A stretch of DNA of 64,000 bases, taken from positions 158,084-222,083 of the forward strand of contig CAZCUD010000006.1 of assembly GCA_964501785.1 (NCBI GenBank). The letters are read 5' to 3'. Origin of the DNA: an uncultured Bifidobacteriaceae bacterium (GTDB lineage: Bacteria; Actinomycetota; Acidimicrobiia; IMCC26256; PALSA-555). The notes beneath the pieces were generated by a model. The model was not told where the DNA came from, searched no databases, and saw nothing but the letters and a program-made list of their open reading frames with translations. The translations under genes were made by a program, and so were the position numbers. This document shows, in pieces, positions 45,394-53,824 of the stretch; the first letter of the stretch is position 1, and every line of letters begins with the position of its first letter.

Positions 45394-45410
45394 CCTGACG
45401 GGGCGTCAGG
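45394..45410. promoter_or_regulatory. cCTGACG-GGG-CGTCAGg palindrome upstream of acyl-CoA ligase 43649..45277
   Basis: Perfect 7-bp arms with a 3-nt spacer. It is followed by direct CGTCAG repeats. Confidence 0.4.
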
Positions 45411-45447
45411 TCGTCAGATCTCACGTCGTCAGGTCTCAGGTCGTCAG
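45404..45447. repeat. Array of four direct CGTCAG(G) hexamers
   Basis: CGTCAG occurs at 45404, 45412, 45427 and 45442, within cgtcaggtcgtcagatctcacgtcgtcaggtctcaggtcgtcaggtc. The last copy lies in the 3' end of the LLM gene. Confidence 0.6.
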
Positions 45448-46461
45448 GTCGGCGAGGACGCGCAGCGTCTGCTCGTCCTGCCCGCCGACGAGCAGGGTCG
45501 TGACGGGCGTCTTGCGCCACGCCTCGAGACGCTCCGCGATCCGCTCCTTGGGCCCGACCAGGGAGATCTCGTCGGCGAACGCCTCGGGCACCGCGTCGAT
45601 CGCCTCGTCGCGCTTGCCCTCGAAGAAGAGGTCCTGGATGCGGTGCGCCTCCTCCTCGTAGCCCATGCGGGCCATGAGCTCGGTGTGGAAGTTCTTCGTC
45701 TTGGCGCCCATGCCGCCGATGTAGAAGCCCAGCGTCGCCTTCACCGGCCAGAGCCCCTCGCTGACGTCGTCGTGGACGCTGACGAACACGTTGACCGCGA
45801 TCTCGAAGTCGGCCTTCGCGCCGGCCAGCTGCGCCTCGTACACCTCGGGACGGTGGGGTGAGTAGTAGAGGGGCACCCAGCCGTCCGCGATCTCGGTCGC
45901 GAGCGCGACGTTCTTCGGACCTTCGGCGCCGAGGTAGATCGGGATCCGGTTGCGCAACGGATGCGTGATCATCTTCAACGGCTTGCCGAGGCCGACCGCG
46001 TCGTCGCCCGTGTAGGGGAGCGGGTAGTGGGGACCCGGGCTCTGCACGGGTGCCTCGCGCGCGATCGCGTCGCGGATGATCTGGATGTACTCGCGCGTGC
46101 GTGCGAGGGGCTTGGAGAAGGGGCGGCCGTACCAGCCCTCGACCACCTGGGGGCCGCTCACGCCGACCCCGAGGCAGGCGCGCCCCTCCGAGAGGCCGTC
46201 GAGCGTCATCGCGTGCATGGCCATCGTCGTCGGTGACCGGGCAGAGATCTGCGCGATCCCGGTGCAGAGCCGCAGCTTCGTGGTCGCGGCGGCGACGGCC
46301 GCGAGAGGGGAGAACGCGTCGGAGCTCCAGGACTCGCCCGTCCAGATCGAGTCGAAGCCGAGGCTCTCGGCGTGGGTCGCCGACTCGACGAGCTCGCGCG
46401 CCGGGCGCGGCTGCGCGGTCCAGTACCCCATCTGCAAGCCGAGCTTCAGGTCGTGTGCCAC
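45436..46461 (-). CDS. LLM-class F420-dependent oxidoreductase
   Basis: ORF track with a GTG start. Motifs: LGLQMGYW, SIWTGESW, CLGVGVSGPQVVEGWYG, IYLGAEGPKN. Confidence 0.9.
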   Translation of the reverse strand: MAHDLKLGLQMGYWTAQPRPARELVESATHAESLGFDSIWTGESWSSDAFSPLAAVAAATTKLRLCTGIAQISARSPTTMAMHAMTLDGLSEGRACLGVGVSGPQVVEGWYGRPFSKPLARTREYIQIIRDAIAREAPVQSPGPHYPLPYTGDDAVGLGKPLKMITHPLRNRIPIYLGAEGPKNVALATEIADGWVPLYYSPHRPEVYEAQLAGAKADFEIAVNVFVSVHDDVSEGLWPVKATLGFYIGGMGAKTKNFHTELMARMGYEEEAHRIQDLFFEGKRDEAIDAVPEAFADEISLVGPKERIAERLEAWRKTPVTTLLVGGQDEQTLRVLADLTT

Positions 46462-46530
46462 GGCCCGTGACCGTACAACGTCGTGCCCTCGATGCAGGTC
46501 CGAGTCCCGCAGAGCGGGACCGGGTGGGCG

Positions 46531-47760
46531 TCAGGAGCGGGGGAGGCCGAGCGCGCGCTCGCCGATCATGTTGCGGTGGATCTCGTCGGTGCCGCCGCCG
46601 ATGCTCGCCCAGAACCGGTTGAGCAGCAGCGTCTGCCAGAACCCGTCGCGCGGCGCATCGTCACCGTGGAGCATCCCGTCGGCGCCGAGCAGCGCGAGCG
46701 CGACCTCTCCCTTCGCCGCGCGGTCGCGCGACCAGAGCACCTTGAGGACCGAGCCGTCGACACCGGGCCTGCGACCGGCGAGCAGGTCACCCTGCACGCG
46801 GTCGCGCAGCCACCCGAGCGCGTGCTCGCGACACCACACCGCGGCCAGCGCCTGGCGCAGCACCGGATCGTCGTGACGGCGGCGCTCGCGCGCGAGCGCG
46901 ACGAGCGCGGCCGCGTCAGAGCCCATGCCGGCGGAACCGCCGATGAGCGCGGACTCGCTGGCCAGCGTCGTGCGCGTCGGTGCCCAGCCACCCCCCAGGG
47001 AGCCGACGACGTTCTCGATCGGTACCCGCACGTCGGTGAGGAACACCTCGTTGAAGTGCGCGGCCCCGGTGATCTGTCGCAGCGGCCGGATCTCGATCCC
47101 GGGCGTCGTCATGTCGACGAGCAGGTAGGTGATCCCCTCGTGCTTCGGCGCGTCGGGATCGGTCCGCACGAGCAGGATCGCGAAGTCGGCGTGGCGCGCC
47201 CCCGACGTCCAGACCTTCTGGCCGTTGACGATCAGCTCGTCACCACCGAGTGACGACGTCACCACCTCCGCGCGGGTGGTGAGGCTCGCGAGATCCGACC
47301 CCGCCCCCGGTTCGCTGAACAGCTGGCACCACACCTCGTCGCCGCGCAGCAGCGGCCGCAGGAAGCGCGCGCACTGCTCGGGCGTGCCGTGCGCGAGGAG
47401 CGTCGGGCCCACGAGCGCGATCGTCGACGCGAGGAACCCGGAGGACACGTCGAAGCGCGCCTGCTCCTGCGCGAACGCCACCGCTTGCGCGGGGGTGCCG
47501 CCCCGGCCGCCGTGCTCGACGGGCCACGTGATGCCGGCCCAGCCCCCGTCGGCGAGCGTGCGCTGCCACGCCCGACAGCGCTCGAAGTACTCGAGCTCCG
47601 CCTCCCACGTCGCGTCGCGGGGGCCGTTGGACCAGTCGTCGGCGCCCCGCCGGGGCTCGGCGTGCGCGGCGAGCCAGGTCCGAGCCTCGGCCCGGAACGC
47701 CTCCAGGTCGAGGAGGTCGAGGTCGTGACCGCGAACGCCCCCCGTCTCAGCACCGTCCAC
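46531..47760 (-). CDS. Acyl-CoA dehydrogenase family protein
   Basis: ORF 46531..48162 trimmed to GTG 47760. Motifs: WCQLFSEPGAGSDLASL, NGQKVWTSGA, and a C-terminal GGGTDEIHRNMIGERALGLP. Confidence 0.9.
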   Translation of the reverse strand: MDGAETGGVRGHDLDLLDLEAFRAEARTWLAAHAEPRRGADDWSNGPRDATWEAELEYFERCRAWQRTLADGGWAGITWPVEHGGRGGTPAQAVAFAQEQARFDVSSGFLASTIALVGPTLLAHGTPEQCARFLRPLLRGDEVWCQLFSEPGAGSDLASLTTRAEVVTSSLGGDELIVNGQKVWTSGARHADFAILLVRTDPDAPKHEGITYLLVDMTTPGIEIRPLRQITGAAHFNEVFLTDVRVPIENVVGSLGGGWAPTRTTLASESALIGGSAGMGSDAAALVALARERRRHDDPVLRQALAAVWCREHALGWLRDRVQGDLLAGRRPGVDGSVLKVLWSRDRAAKGEVALALLGADGMLHGDDAPRDGFWQTLLLNRFWASIGGGTDEIHRNMIGERALGLPRS

Positions 47761-47767
47761 GCACCCG

Positions 47768-47814
47768 ACTCTAGAGCGAGAACCTGGACAAGTGTCCAGA
47801 CAGCGATCTACAGT
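47768..47814. promoter_or_regulatory. Bidirectional leaderless-type promoter region with central palindrome CTGGACA-AG-TGTCCAG
   Basis: TAGAGT (minus strand, 47773-47768) lies 7 nt before GTG 47760. TACAGT (47809-47814) lies 7 nt before GTG 47822. A perfect 7+7 inverted repeat sits at 47784-47799 between them. Confidence 0.5.
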
Positions 47815-47821
47815 CCGCGTC

Positions 47822-48943
47822 GTGGCGACCCGGGTCACCGACCGTCTCCTGCCCACGACGATGGTCGGCTCGTACCCGCGGCCGCGGTGGTTCACCCACC
47901 AGCTCGACGGTCGCGACGTCCTCGAGGCGTTCAAGTCGGTCGAGCACGCCGAGGCGTACCGCGACGCGACCCGCGCGGTCATCGGCGACGAGCTCGACGC
48001 GGGGCTCGACGTCGTGACCGACGGGCAGATGTGGTTCGACGACCTCCACATGGGGATCGGGTCGTTCTTCTGGTACTGGTTCGAGCGGATCCCCGGCTTC
48101 GGTCCCGAGATGGTGCTGCACCGCAACCGCGATCGCGCGAGCGGGCGCGACGTGTTCGTCATGGACGAGGCCGGATCGGCGATCCTGCGCGGCCCGGTCG
48201 GCCGAGGTCCGTTGCGCCTCGCCTACCTGTACGACGTCGCCCAACAGCTCACCGACCGACCGGTCAAGGCGTCGGTCGGTGCCGGACCGTGCCAGCTCAG
48301 TGGGCTGGTGCACTTCGAGTCCGGACCGATCAAGGACCGCTTCGAGCTGTCGACCGCGCTCGCCGAGGTGTTCAACGCCGAGCTGCTCGAGCTCCAGGAT
48401 GCGGGCTGCACCTATGTGCAGTACGAGGACCTCGGCGCCTGGACCCCGAACCTGACCGGTGAGCAGGACTTCGCGTGGGTCACCGAGACGGTCAACCGGG
48501 TGCTGGCCGGCGTCACCGTGCGCAAGGCGTGGCACTTCTGCCTCGGCAACGCGTGGGGCAACCGCCTCGACGCGCTGGTGCGCGGTGGATACGGCGAGGT
48601 CGTGCCGCACTACCTCGACGTCGATGTGGACGAGCTCACGCTCGACTTCGCCTGCCGGGAGATGGCCGACGCGGCGGTCCTGAAGGAGATCCCGGTCGAC
48701 CTCGACGTCGGTGTCGGCGTGATCGACGTGCGCAACCTCGAGATCGAGCAGCCGGAGCAGGTCGCGGAGCGGATCCGCGCGGTGCTCGGGTTCGTCGACG
48801 CGGAGCGAGTGACCCTCACGACCGACTGCGGGCTCAAGCAGCTCCCGCGCGCGGTGGCGATCGCGAAGCTGCGCTCGCTGGCCGCCGGCGCGGCGATCGT
48901 CCGGGGTGAGCTCGAGGGCGGACGAGCGGAGGAGGGCCGGTGA
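47822..48943 (+). CDS. Cobalamin-independent methionine synthase (MetE C-terminal / UROD-like) family protein
   Basis: ORF 47792..48943. The preferred start is GTG 47822, which has a TACAGT -10-like hexamer 7 nt upstream. It has LPTTMVGSYPRPRWF, and the C-terminal LTTDCGLK is typical of the MetE-like fold. Confidence 0.8.
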   Translation: MATRVTDRLLPTTMVGSYPRPRWFTHQLDGRDVLEAFKSVEHAEAYRDATRAVIGDELDAGLDVVTDGQMWFDDLHMGIGSFFWYWFERIPGFGPEMVLHRNRDRASGRDVFVMDEAGSAILRGPVGRGPLRLAYLYDVAQQLTDRPVKASVGAGPCQLSGLVHFESGPIKDRFELSTALAEVFNAELLELQDAGCTYVQYEDLGAWTPNLTGEQDFAWVTETVNRVLAGVTVRKAWHFCLGNAWGNRLDALVRGGYGEVVPHYLDVDVDELTLDFACREMADAAVLKEIPVDLDVGVGVIDVRNLEIEQPEQVAERIRAVLGFVDAERVTLTTDCGLKQLPRAVAIAKLRSLAAGAAIVRGELEGGRAEEGR

Positions 48944-50043
48944 CCGACTTCAGCACCACGATGTCGGCTCGCATCACCGAGTTCGACGGCAAGACCCCGC
49001 TCCAGGTGCTCGCCGAGCGCGGCGGCGCGCGCCCGACGACGCTGTCCTCGCTCGAGCGCTTCCCCTACTACCGGGCGTTCCCGTACGCCTGGTACTTCGC
49101 CGCCTACTCGGCCGACCTCGCCGTCGGCGAGGTGCGCACGGTCCACTGGCTCGCCCGCGACCTGGTCGTCTGGCGCGGCGACGACGGCGCGGCGCACGTC
49201 ATGGACGCGTACTGCCCGCACATGGGGGCGCACCTCGGGTACGGAGGTCGCGTCGAGGGCTGCAACCTCGTGTGCCCGTACCACTGGTGGGAGTACGACG
49301 GCGACGGCGCCAACGTCCGCATCCCCTACGCCGACCGACCCAACGGCAGGGCGCGGGTCCGCTCGTACCCCACGATCGACCGCAACGGGCTGATCATGTT
49401 CTGGTACCACCCCGGCGGCGCGGCACCGATGTGGGAGATCCCCGAGATCCCCGAGCTGTCCGACCCGCGCTGGACCGACGAGTTCCGCGCCGAGTGGGAC
49501 GTCCGCTGCCCGTGGCAGGAGATGGCGGAGAACGGGCCCGACTACGTGCACCTCAAGACCGTGCACGGTGCCGCGTCGGTCCCCGAGGTGGAGTCGCTCA
49601 CCTACGAGGGGCCGTTCAGCCACCTCCGTTCGAAGGTCAGCTTCGCGACGCCGCGCGGACCGCAGGAGGGACGGATCGACACCGACTCGTGGGGGCCGGG
49701 CTTCGCGATCGCACGGTTCTCGGGCATCACGCCGGCGCTCTTCGTCAACCTCACGACGCCGATCGACTGGGAGCTGACCCGCTCGATCAAGCTCTACCGC
49801 GTCGAGCGCCTCGGCGACTCCGACGAGGATCGGGCGCGGGTGCAGCGCGTCGGCGACGCGCTCGTGCGCGACCTGCGCAAGCAGATGGACGAGGACGTCG
49901 TCATCTTCGACCACAAGGTCTGGGTCGACCCCCCGGCCCTCGCGCCCGACGACGGCCCGATCATCAAGTTCCGCAAGTGGGCGGAGCAGTTCTACGTCGA
50001 CGGCGACCCGATCGCTGCGGGTCGAGGGGGAGGGCGGGCGTGA
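48940..50043 (+). CDS. Rieske [2Fe-2S] non-heme-iron oxygenase, KshA-like (3-ketosteroid 9-alpha-monooxygenase oxygenase-subunit family)
   Basis: ORF track with a GTGA overlap. It has FPYAWYFAAYSADL and the Rieske motif CPHMGAHL...CPYHWW. Its length of about 367 aa and its layout match KshA-type enzymes. Confidence 0.9.
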   Translation: MTDFSTTMSARITEFDGKTPLQVLAERGGARPTTLSSLERFPYYRAFPYAWYFAAYSADLAVGEVRTVHWLARDLVVWRGDDGAAHVMDAYCPHMGAHLGYGGRVEGCNLVCPYHWWEYDGDGANVRIPYADRPNGRARVRSYPTIDRNGLIMFWYHPGGAAPMWEIPEIPELSDPRWTDEFRAEWDVRCPWQEMAENGPDYVHLKTVHGAASVPEVESLTYEGPFSHLRSKVSFATPRGPQEGRIDTDSWGPGFAIARFSGITPALFVNLTTPIDWELTRSIKLYRVERLGDSDEDRARVQRVGDALVRDLRKQMDEDVVIFDHKVWVDPPALAPDDGPIIKFRKWAEQFYVDGDPIAAGRGGGRA

Positions 50044-50861
50044 GCACCGAGATGGATGACGTCGACCTCTCGGGCGGTGCCGCGAAGTACACGATCGCCG
50101 CCGACGACGACACCGCGGCGCGCGAGCACGAGCGCCTCCGCGTGCTCGGGCGTTGGCGCGACCCTTCGACGTTCGCCGCGCTCGAGGCGACGGGGGTCGG
50201 ACCGGGCTGGCGCTGCCTCGAGGTCGGTGCGGGGGCGGGGACCACGTCGGCGTGGCTGGCCGAGCGCGTCGGCGAGTCGGGATCGGTGCTGTCGACCGAC
50301 GTCGACCTGCGCTTCCACGGCCCCGCGGTGGGCAACACCGAGATCCGCGAGCACGACATCACCCGTGACCCGCTGCCGGAAGGCACGTTCGACCTCGTGC
50401 ACGCACGTGCGGTGCTCCAGCACGTCGCGGAGCGCGAGCTCGCGCTCGAGCGGATGATCGCGGCGCTCAAGCCCGGCGGGTGGATCGTCGTCGAGGAAGC
50501 CGACATGCGCGCCTTCGAGGCGCAGCCGCTCCCCGAGCCCCTGGCGACGCTCCACCAGGTCATGGCCTTCGGCGCGGCGGCCCAGGAGTACCGCGAGCCC
50601 AGCTTCGGCACGCGGCTGCTCCGCCTGTTCCAGGAGCACGGGCTCACCGAGGTCACCGCCACCGGGCTGGTCGAGACCATGCGCGCGGGAGAGGACAGCG
50701 GCGAGTGGTGGTTCCTCGCCGTCGAGCACGTCCGCGACCGCATCGTCGATGCCGGCGTCATGCCCGCCGACGACTTCGACGCCGCGCTCGCGATCGCCCG
50801 CACGCCCGGCTTCATGATGCTCGGCCCGATCTCGATCCAGGTCGTCGGGCGCAAGCCGTGA
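50040..50861 (+). CDS. Class I SAM-dependent methyltransferase
   Basis: Tail of ORF 48906..50861, starting at GTG 50040 (GTGA overlap; alternative ATG 50052). It has motif I LEVGAGAGTTS and motif post-II FDLVHARAVLQH. Confidence 0.85.
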   Translation: MSTEMDDVDLSGGAAKYTIAADDDTAAREHERLRVLGRWRDPSTFAALEATGVGPGWRCLEVGAGAGTTSAWLAERVGESGSVLSTDVDLRFHGPAVGNTEIREHDITRDPLPEGTFDLVHARAVLQHVAERELALERMIAALKPGGWIVVEEADMRAFEAQPLPEPLATLHQVMAFGAAAQEYREPSFGTRLLRLFQEHGLTEVTATGLVETMRAGEDSGEWWFLAVEHVRDRIVDAGVMPADDFDAALAIARTPGFMMLGPISIQVVGRKP

Positions 50862-51463
50862 GCGCGGCGCGCCCGGCAGCTCCCGTCGTCACCCGCCGGG
50901 TGCTCCGCTCGGACGCCGTCGCGACGCGCCGGCGGATCATCGAGAGCGCGGTCGAGCTCGCGCGCGACCGACCCATGGCCGAGCTGACGATGCGCGACAT
51001 CGCCCGGACCGCCGAGGTGTCGGTCGCGACCGCGTACACGTACTTCTCGTCGAAGGAGCACGTGTACGCCGAGGCCTACGTCGACGGGGTCGAGACGCTG
51101 ACCGAGAGCCTGCGCGCTCGCCCGCCGACGGGTGCGACGGCGGCCGACCGGGTCGCCGCGGTGCTCCGACGGGCCGTGAAGGGCGCGGCCGCGACCGGCG
51201 ACGTCGTGCAGGCGACCGCGATCGCACTCGCGTCGTCCGACCCCGCGGTCGCGCCGCTCCGCCCGGTCGCCGACGCGGCCTTCGCCGAGTGGATGGCGAT
51301 CGCGCTCGACGGTGCGGCGATCGCCGACCACGACGAGGTCGTGAAGCTGCTCCAGCTCACGATGTTCGCGTCGTTCGTCGCGGTCGCCCACGGCCGGCAG
51401 ACCATCGCCGAGAGCGGCCGCCTGCTCGACCTCGCGGTCCGCCGCCTCGTCGTCGAGCGCTGA
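50858..51463 (+). CDS. TetR/AcrR-family transcriptional regulator
   Basis: Tail of ORF 50480..51463, starting at GTG 50858 (GTGA overlap). HTH: TMRDIARTAEVSVATAYTYFSSKEHV. Confidence 0.85.
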   Translation: MSAARPAAPVVTRRVLRSDAVATRRRIIESAVELARDRPMAELTMRDIARTAEVSVATAYTYFSSKEHVYAEAYVDGVETLTESLRARPPTGATAADRVAAVLRRAVKGAAATGDVVQATAIALASSDPAVAPLRPVADAAFAEWMAIALDGAAIADHDEVVKLLQLTMFASFVAVAHGRQTIAESGRLLDLAVRRLVVER

Positions 51464-51611
51464 CCGAGCGCCGATCGCGCCTCCCCCTCCGCCGCGTCGG
51501 AAGACCCAGCGACATCAGGTGTGGCTGAGCCTTCCAACCGCGCAAGGGGTGCCGGCGCCGCGTCGGGTCGGCTGGCGCCGCGAGGGGCGGGGCTGGTTGA
51601 CTCCCGGCGCC

Positions 51612-52781
51612 ATGGATCGCACCCCCGTCATCGTCGGCATCGGGCTGTCCGACTACCCGAAGGCCCCCGAGCTCGACACCGTGCAGCACCACGTGCTCGC
51701 CATGCAGCGCGCGCTGGACGACTGCGGCATCGAGAAGTCGGAGATCGACGGCTACGTCAACGCCAGCTCCGGCGGCATGATGGTCGACGACCCCGTCACG
51801 ATGGCCGAGTACCTGCGCATCGACCACCGCTACATCGACGGGACGATGACCGGGGGGTCGTCGTTCGAGTTCCACGTCCAGCACCTCGCCGCCGCCATCC
51901 GAGAGGGCCTGTGCGACGTCGCCCTCGTCACCTACGGCTCCGACCAGCTGACGCGTATGGGTCGCAAGCTCGGCACGGGCGGGTTCCAGCGCGGCGGGCA
52001 GAAGGTGCCGGGCCCGGTGCAGTACGAGGTGCCGTACGGCGGATCGCTCGTCGGCTCCTACGCGATGCACGCGATGCGCCACATGCACGAGTTCGGCACG
52101 ACGTCGGAGCAGCTGGCCGAGATCGCGGTCGGGGTCCGCGAGTTCGCCGGCCTCAACCCGAACGCCATCTACCGCGACCCGATCACCGTCGACGACGTGG
52201 TCAACAGCCGGATGATCGCCGACCCGCTGCACATGCTCGACTGCTGTGCCATCACCGACGGTGGTGGCGCGCTCATCATGACCACCGCCGAGCGGGCGAA
52301 GGACCTCAAGCAGCCCCCCGTCTACGTGCTCGGCGCGGCCGGGGCCCAGACCCACTGGAACATCTCGCAGCAGACCGACTTCACGACGTCGGCGGGTGCG
52401 CTCGCGGGCCCCATCGCCTTCGAGCGCGCCGGGGTGACGCACGACGACGTCGACCTGCTGATGTTCTACGACAGCTTCACGATCACGTGCCTCATCCTCC
52501 TGGAGAGCCTCGGGTTCGTCCCGCGGGGCGAGGGTGGACCGTTCGTCGCGGAGGGGCACCTCAAGCGCGGCGGCAAGTGGCCGCTCAACACCGATGGCGG
52601 CGGGCTCTCTTCGTGCCATCCGGGCATGCGCGGCATCTTCCTGCTGATCGAGTCGGTGCGACAGCTGCGCGGCCAGGGCGGCGAGGCCCAGGTGCCCGAC
52701 TGCGACATCGCGCTCGCCGCGGGCTCGGGTGGCTGGCTGAGCTGCATCGGCGTCGTCATCACCGGTCGCGAGCACCCCTAG
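51612..52781 (+). CDS. Thiolase-fold lipid-transfer (Ltp/SCP-x-type) protein
   Basis: ORF 51519..52781 trimmed to ATG 51612. It is SCP2-thiolase-like (IVGIGLSDY, DCCAITDGGGALIM, NTDGGGLS) and is followed by its usual DUF35 partner. Confidence 0.9.
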   Translation: MDRTPVIVGIGLSDYPKAPELDTVQHHVLAMQRALDDCGIEKSEIDGYVNASSGGMMVDDPVTMAEYLRIDHRYIDGTMTGGSSFEFHVQHLAAAIREGLCDVALVTYGSDQLTRMGRKLGTGGFQRGGQKVPGPVQYEVPYGGSLVGSYAMHAMRHMHEFGTTSEQLAEIAVGVREFAGLNPNAIYRDPITVDDVVNSRMIADPLHMLDCCAITDGGGALIMTTAERAKDLKQPPVYVLGAAGAQTHWNISQQTDFTTSAGALAGPIAFERAGVTHDDVDLLMFYDSFTITCLILLESLGFVPRGEGGPFVAEGHLKRGGKWPLNTDGGGLSSCHPGMRGIFLLIESVRQLRGQGGEAQVPDCDIALAAGSGGWLSCIGVVITGREHP

Positions 52782-52790
52782 GAGACGAAG

Positions 52791-53219
52791 GTGAGCGAGC
52801 ACCAGGTCGTCGACGCGGGGGAGTGGCAGAAGCCCCTGCCGCGCAGCGACGCGATCAGCGGTCCGTACTGGGAGGCGGCCGCGCAGGGTCGGCTGCTGAT
52901 CCAGGAGTGCCCGTCGTGCGGGCACCGGCAGTGGTACCCGCGCGCGATGTGCACGAAGTGCGGTCGCGACGTCGAGTGGCTCGAGTGCTCGGGTCGCGGA
53001 GAGGTGCACACCTACACGGTTGTGCGCCAGATGGGGATGCGACCGTTCAAGGACGAGCTCCCCTACGTCATCGCGATGGTGCAGCTCGAGGAAGGTCCGC
53101 TGATCTTCGGCAACGTCACCGACGTCGAGCCCGACGACGTGCGGATCGGGCTGCCGGTCGAGGTGTGGTTCACCAAGGTCGATGACGAGATCGGCGTCCC
53201 CAGCTGGCGACCGGCCTGA
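52791..53219 (+). CDS. Zn-ribbon/OB-fold acyl-CoA-associated protein (DUF35)
   Basis: ORF track with GTG after AGGAGACGAAG. It has the rubredoxin-like ribbon CPSCGHRQWYPRAMCTKCG followed by an OB-fold. Confidence 0.9.
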   Translation: MSEHQVVDAGEWQKPLPRSDAISGPYWEAAAQGRLLIQECPSCGHRQWYPRAMCTKCGRDVEWLECSGRGEVHTYTVVRQMGMRPFKDELPYVIAMVQLEEGPLIFGNVTDVEPDDVRIGLPVEVWFTKVDDEIGVPSWRPA

Positions 53220-53353
53220 ACGCCCCGCCGGCCGGTGGCCCGAAGGGCCGACGAGCGTCCCGGCGGGATCGTTCCTGACCCGTTGCGGGCGACCGGTGCG
53301 GATAGCGTGGGCCGACCGTTCGCCACACCTTCCTCTCCCTGGGGGCACCACCC

Positions 53354-53791
53354 ATGCGCAAGGCAGCCGCACTCCTCGTCACGACCGCGATGGTCGCCGG
53401 ACTGGGCCTCGTGGCCGCCGCGCCCGCGGGTGCCGGCGACAAGAAGCAGAGCAAGTACTGCAAGGCGCTCTCGAAGTCCAAGCTCGACTCGGGCAGCATC
53501 GGCGACTCCACCAGCGAGAAGGGCGCCGCGAAGATGGTCAAGCAGCTCGAGAAGCTCGAGAAGGCGGCGAGCGGCAAGACCAAGGCGGCGATCGGCGAGA
53601 TGATCGACGCCTACGAGGAGGTGGCCGACGGGGAGGACCCGAAGGACGCCTTCGCCAACTCCGACTTCATCGAGGCCGCGGCGACCTTCGGGATCTCCAC
53701 GATCAAGTGCATCGGCACCGAGCTGCCCGACATCACGCTGCCGGACATCACGCTGCCGGACATCACGCTGCCCGACTTCGACCTCAACTAG
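53354..53791 (+). CDS. Secreted hypothetical protein with C-terminal LPDIT repeats
   Basis: ORF track. It has a signal peptide (LVTTAMVAGLGLVAAAPAGA/GD), a Lys-rich helical body, two Cys residues, and the C-terminus ELPDITLPDITLPDITLPDFDLN. Confidence 0.7.
   Translation: MRKAAALLVTTAMVAGLGLVAAAPAGAGDKKQSKYCKALSKSKLDSGSIGDSTSEKGAAKMVKQLEKLEKAASGKTKAAIGEMIDAYEEVADGEDPKDAFANSDFIEAAATFGISTIKCIGTELPDITLPDITLPDITLPDFDLN
53723..53782 (+). repeat. 15-bp in-frame tandem repeat (3 copies + 1 degenerate) encoding LPDIT
   Basis: The units are ctgcccgacatcacg, ctgccggacatcacg, ctgccggacatcacg and ctgcccgacttcgac. They lie inside CDS 53354..53791. Confidence 0.9.
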
Positions 53792-53824
53792 CCGGAGCCG
53801 CGCGCCGGCGTCGATCGGCGGGGC

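Noticed and set aside
47770-47790. GAGAACCTGgac, which shares its left half with the KstR-like box at 21490 (GAGAACCTGTTCTA).
   Set aside because: The right half-site (GTTnnA) is missing. The local symmetry is instead explained by the CTGGACA/TGTCCAG palindrome.
50858-51463. The TetR regulator as the KstR ortholog responsible for the four KstR-like boxes.
   Set aside because: Its own operon is preceded by a different palindrome (CTGGACAAGTGTCCAG) and has no KstR-type box. Sequence alone does not let me assign orthology. It is kept only as a candidate for the local palindrome.
53723-53782. Short direct repeats that might be a mini CRISPR array.
   Set aside because: The units are contiguous with no spacers, only 15 bp long and in-frame inside a CDS (LPDIT repeats). 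There are no cas genes in the window.
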